Assembly: GCF_020745735.1 (NCBI RefSeq)
Contig: NC_083409.1
Span: 21,028,098 to 21,092,097, forward strand
DNA from: Hemiscyllium ocellatum
Taxonomy: Eukaryota
Reading direction: 5' to 3'
Length of the DNA: 64,000 nucleotides
The notes beneath the pieces were generated by a model. The model worked only from the letters and a program-made list of their open reading frames with translations. It did no database searches and was not told the DNA's origin. Within the stretch, counting starts at the first letter, position 1. The number at the start of each line of letters is the position of its first letter. Positions 60,610 to 64,000 of the stretch are shown in pieces. A program made the translations under genes and the position numbers.

Positions 60610-61010
60610 TTCAGCCTTTCACAGACACTGCAGGTTGTGTGTCTCTCTCAGTGTGAGTGTATTACTTAATGCTGCCTGCTTGTGTCTATCTGAGGTTTGA
60701 GTTTGAGTGTGTGTGTTATTCAGAGAGACACCTGAAGGCAGCACTGACAAACACACTCACAATCAGAGAGACATTTTCAGGCAGCACTAAGTGACATTCC
60801 CATATTTGGAGACCCACCTTCAGACAGCACTGAGTAAAATGCTCATACGCAGAGAGAAACCTACAGGCAGTACTGAGTAACACACCCACATTCAGTCAGA
60901 CAGCTACAGGCAGCACAGAGTGACACGCTCACACTGAGACACCTACAGGCAGCATGGAGTGTCAGCATGTTTCTCAGTGACTCAATGTCGCCTGTGTATG
61001 TTACTTCGTG
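60610..61010. repeat. About 43-bp minisatellite 3' of C exon 2 with units in both orientations; paralogue at 14540-14810
   Basis: Unit CAGAGAGACACCTACAGGCAGCACTGAGTAACACAC..; forward units start at about 60721, 60764, 60807, 60850, 60893 and 60932. Confidence 0.8.
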
Positions 61011-63228
61011 CAGTCTGTCAGTGTCTCTCAAAGGTATTTGTCTAATAACGATGCAGAGAGAATGGGCTTCGTGCTGGGGATTGAAGATTAGGATTTAAGC
61101 TTCTCAAATCGTGACCGAACAGCAATTCAGCTAATCCAGTGTGAGATGGCACCTCATTGAGATGGCCATAGTTAAAAATTACACAACACAAAGTTAGATT
61201 CAAACAGCTTTATTTGGAAGTACAAATTTTCAGAGCCCTCCTCCTTCATCAGGGAGCTACTGGAGCAGGATCATAGGACACAGAATTGATAGTAAATTGA
61301 GATGGCCGCTGAGAAAAGTGAATGCTGAGAGTGTATTCTCAGTAAAGGAGGCATTTCTGAAGCAGTGTGCACTGTGCTCCTTTATGTGCTCCCCAATTAA
61401 AAGGGGACTTTCTGGAGCCAGGGTCATTGTCACAGTGATTGCCTGCTCAGCCAATGCTGGAGACCCATAGTCATATTTTAATGGTCAATTAGCCTTAAAC
61501 GAGGGGCAGCAATATTACCTTGCAGGGAGGGGAGCTGTTTGAGTGAGGGAGATCGAAATTTTGCAACCCCAAGAGGAGTTACAGTGGATTAATGAAGATG
61601 TCAACTTATCTCCCCCTGCCTCAGCTGTGGTGACCCTCAGATTAAACCTACCACCATTCGTCTCAGTCTTGAATGGGCAAGTGGGAGTATGCTCCTCTCG
61701 GATGATGACAACGATCCTGGGTGATGGAGGGAAGGTCAACTTCTCCCAAAGGCAGCACAGGCTGGATTGAAGGTGCATCAAGAGTAAGCATGTGGAGATT
61801 GAGAGTGACAGAAGAGGGGGTTGGTTGGCAGGTTGTTATTCAGAGTCAGGTACCAGAGTATCAGTTCTTCCGATACTCTGCTTTTTATTTCTTTTTCTTT
61901 TCTTCCCTTTTTTTGTCTTTTGCCTTTATCACACTGTCATGTGGACCACTCCATGGAGAGAGCTGCATTCCACAGCAGTGTCAGGCTCAGAGGCAAGGAT
62001 ACTACTGGGATAGGAAAAGAACTCGTGGTATCTTTGCCAGACCATAAATCTGAAGAACCAAATAAAGTTCTGGGCACCTGTGTTTGAATCCCACCATTCA
62101 GGTGGAGGAATTTTAATTCAAAAACAATCTGGAAATCAGGTGACCATGAAGCCATTCGTGATTGTCAGAAAAACAAATCATCTGGTTCACTATTGTCCTT
62201 GAGGGAAGGAAGACTGCTGTCCTTCCACTAGTCTGGCATACACGTATCACCAGATCCGAGGAGTAACCTACCCAGATCTATTCCCCTCTCCTAGATTCGC
62301 CTGAAGAATGTGCCTAACTGAACACTATGGGCAATTTTAGCATGGCCAATCCACATATCCTGCATATGTTTAGATCGTGGGAGGAAAGCAGAGTACCCAG
62401 AGGAACCCCACACAGACACGAGGAGAATGTGCAAACTCCACACAGTCAGTCACTTGGGACTGGAATCAAACTCAGGTCGCTGGTGCTGTCACGCAGCAGT
62501 GCTAACCACAGAGCCACAACCCACAAAAACAGCAAAAACCAAAAGAGTTGAGCATTCGTTAACCTCCTTGAGCCTGACATGATATAAACTATAAACATGA
62601 ACCCTCCATCCAGGAAGGTAGTGGAGTGTGGAAAGCTTACAACATTTAAATATCATAACATTCACGGATTTGAGACAAGTGCAGGAAATTGGGATTAGAG
62701 TGCCTTTAGTGGTAGTTATGCCGGTGCAGACTCAATGGGCCATAGGGCCTTTCGATGCTGAATCAACTTATGCACCCTGCTGAGAGGGCAGTGCAGGTTA
62801 ATGGTGACCAGGTTAGTTAGTTAAGATGGCAGACACATGATCAAGAGTCAGAGGAAATGGCTCAAGCTTCAGTGAAGGCCCAAGTAGGTGCTTGGAAGGA
62901 GGTTCAAGGCTAATGGAGACAAGGTCAATGGAGACTGAGCGAGAGCACAAGGTGCTGGCTGGCATCTCCAGGGGTTGCAGTGAGACATGTGGGGACAACA
63001 GTGGAGTGTGTAGGAAGGGAGTACCGTTACAGATTAAATGTGACCTTTGCCAGCAGCAACGTGACCTTCAGCACCAGGGGGTGTCCCTGACTGTGTCAGG
63101 CTCACTGGCTGTTCTCTTGTAATTCCACACAGACACTGATCTGGTCACCACAGAATTATATACTGGTCAATTTAACATCTCTTTTGAGGGTCTCATTGCA
63201 ATCTATAATTAACAGCAGAGAGAATGAA

Positions 63229-63480
63229 GATTAGATTATTTACAGTGTAGAAATAGGCCCTTTGGCCCAACAGGTCCACACTGACCCAGACCCATTCCCC
63301 TACACCTAACAGTATGGGCAATTTGGCATGGCCAATTCATCTAGCCAGCACAGATGGAACCCACACAGACAGGGTAGAGTGTGAAAACGCCACATTGGTA
63401 GTTGCCTGAGGCAGGAATTGAACCCGGGTCTCTGGTGCTGTGAAGTAGCAGCATTAGCCACTGTGCCACCGTGCCGCCCC
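63229..63480 (-). mobile_element. HE1-type SINE, internally deleted
   Basis: Reverse-complement head CCACTGTGCCACCGTGCCGCCCC and tail TTAGATTATTTACAGTGT. Confidence 0.8.
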
Positions 63481-63559
63481 GTCGCATGTAGAGAATTGGA
63501 AATAGTCCACATAGATTTGTGATGGGTAATTTCTAACGAACAAACCAAATGCATTAAAA

Positions 63560-64000
63560 TAATTGATAGGAAGTATAGTCTTCGCCACTTTCAGAAATAC
63601 GCAATAATTTTCCACAAAACAGTCTGCTGACCAAAGTTAAAACCCATGGGATTGAAGATGAATGTTTGACTTGGTTAGGATACTCGTTTAGTGACTGAAA
63701 ACCGGGAAAAAACGTGATGAATGCTGCTCCACAAGGATTCTGTGATGAGGCCTTAACAGGATGCAAATGCTGCAGGGAGGATAGAAAAGGAGGCAAGAGA
63801 GGAGGGGGAGTGGCATTTTTGATAAGGTATAGCATTACAGCTGTACTGAGGGAGGATATTCCTGGAAATATATCCAGGGATGTTATTTATGTGGAACTGA
63901 GAAATTTAAAAGGGATTATGACTTCATTGGGATTGGATTGTAGACCCTCTGATAGTCAAAGGGTAATTGAGAATCAAATTTGTAAGGAGATCCCAGCTAT
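63560..64000 (+). mobile_element. CR1 fragments (RT piece, then endonuclease) running off the window end
   Basis: GGGVAFLIR..ITAVLRED..VIYVELRNLKG..GLDCRP. Confidence 0.7.

Noticed and set aside
63180-63230. Weak similarity to 11340-11385
   Set aside because: Short, AT-rich and in direct rather than inverted orientation; likely chance.

Overview
This is vertebrate genomic DNA, very probably a shark (HE1-type SINEs, dense CR1 LINE relics, shark-type Ig light chain). The only recognisable host genes are two immunoglobulin kappa-type (nurse shark NS4/type III-like) light-chain clusters pointing away from each other. Cluster 1 (minus strand) has a promoter, leader exon (23012-23060), an in-frame V-J exon with no RSS between V and J (21167-21491), and an intact C exon (16833-17161). 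A 1.3-kb Penelope-like retroelement with a 14-bp target-site duplication splits its V exon. Cluster 2 (plus strand) is an inverted paralogue whose C exon (58765-59093) has a CGA>TGA stop and lacks the C-terminal Cys; I found no leader, V or J for it, although both flanks survive. The inverted arms (about 11.6-28.4 kb and 46.7-63.2 kb) share non-coding blocks that look like B-cell regulatory DNA: a PU.1/IRF composite with RUNX and E-box motifs, a 44-bp Forkhead-motif minisatellite, and a 43-bp 3' minisatellite. Several Penelope termini carry minimal hammerhead ribozyme folds. The rest is CR1, Tx1, Gypsy and SINE debris, which explains most ORFs in the supplied track. All alignments and counts were done by eye; TE boundaries are approximate and family names come from recall, not database searches.
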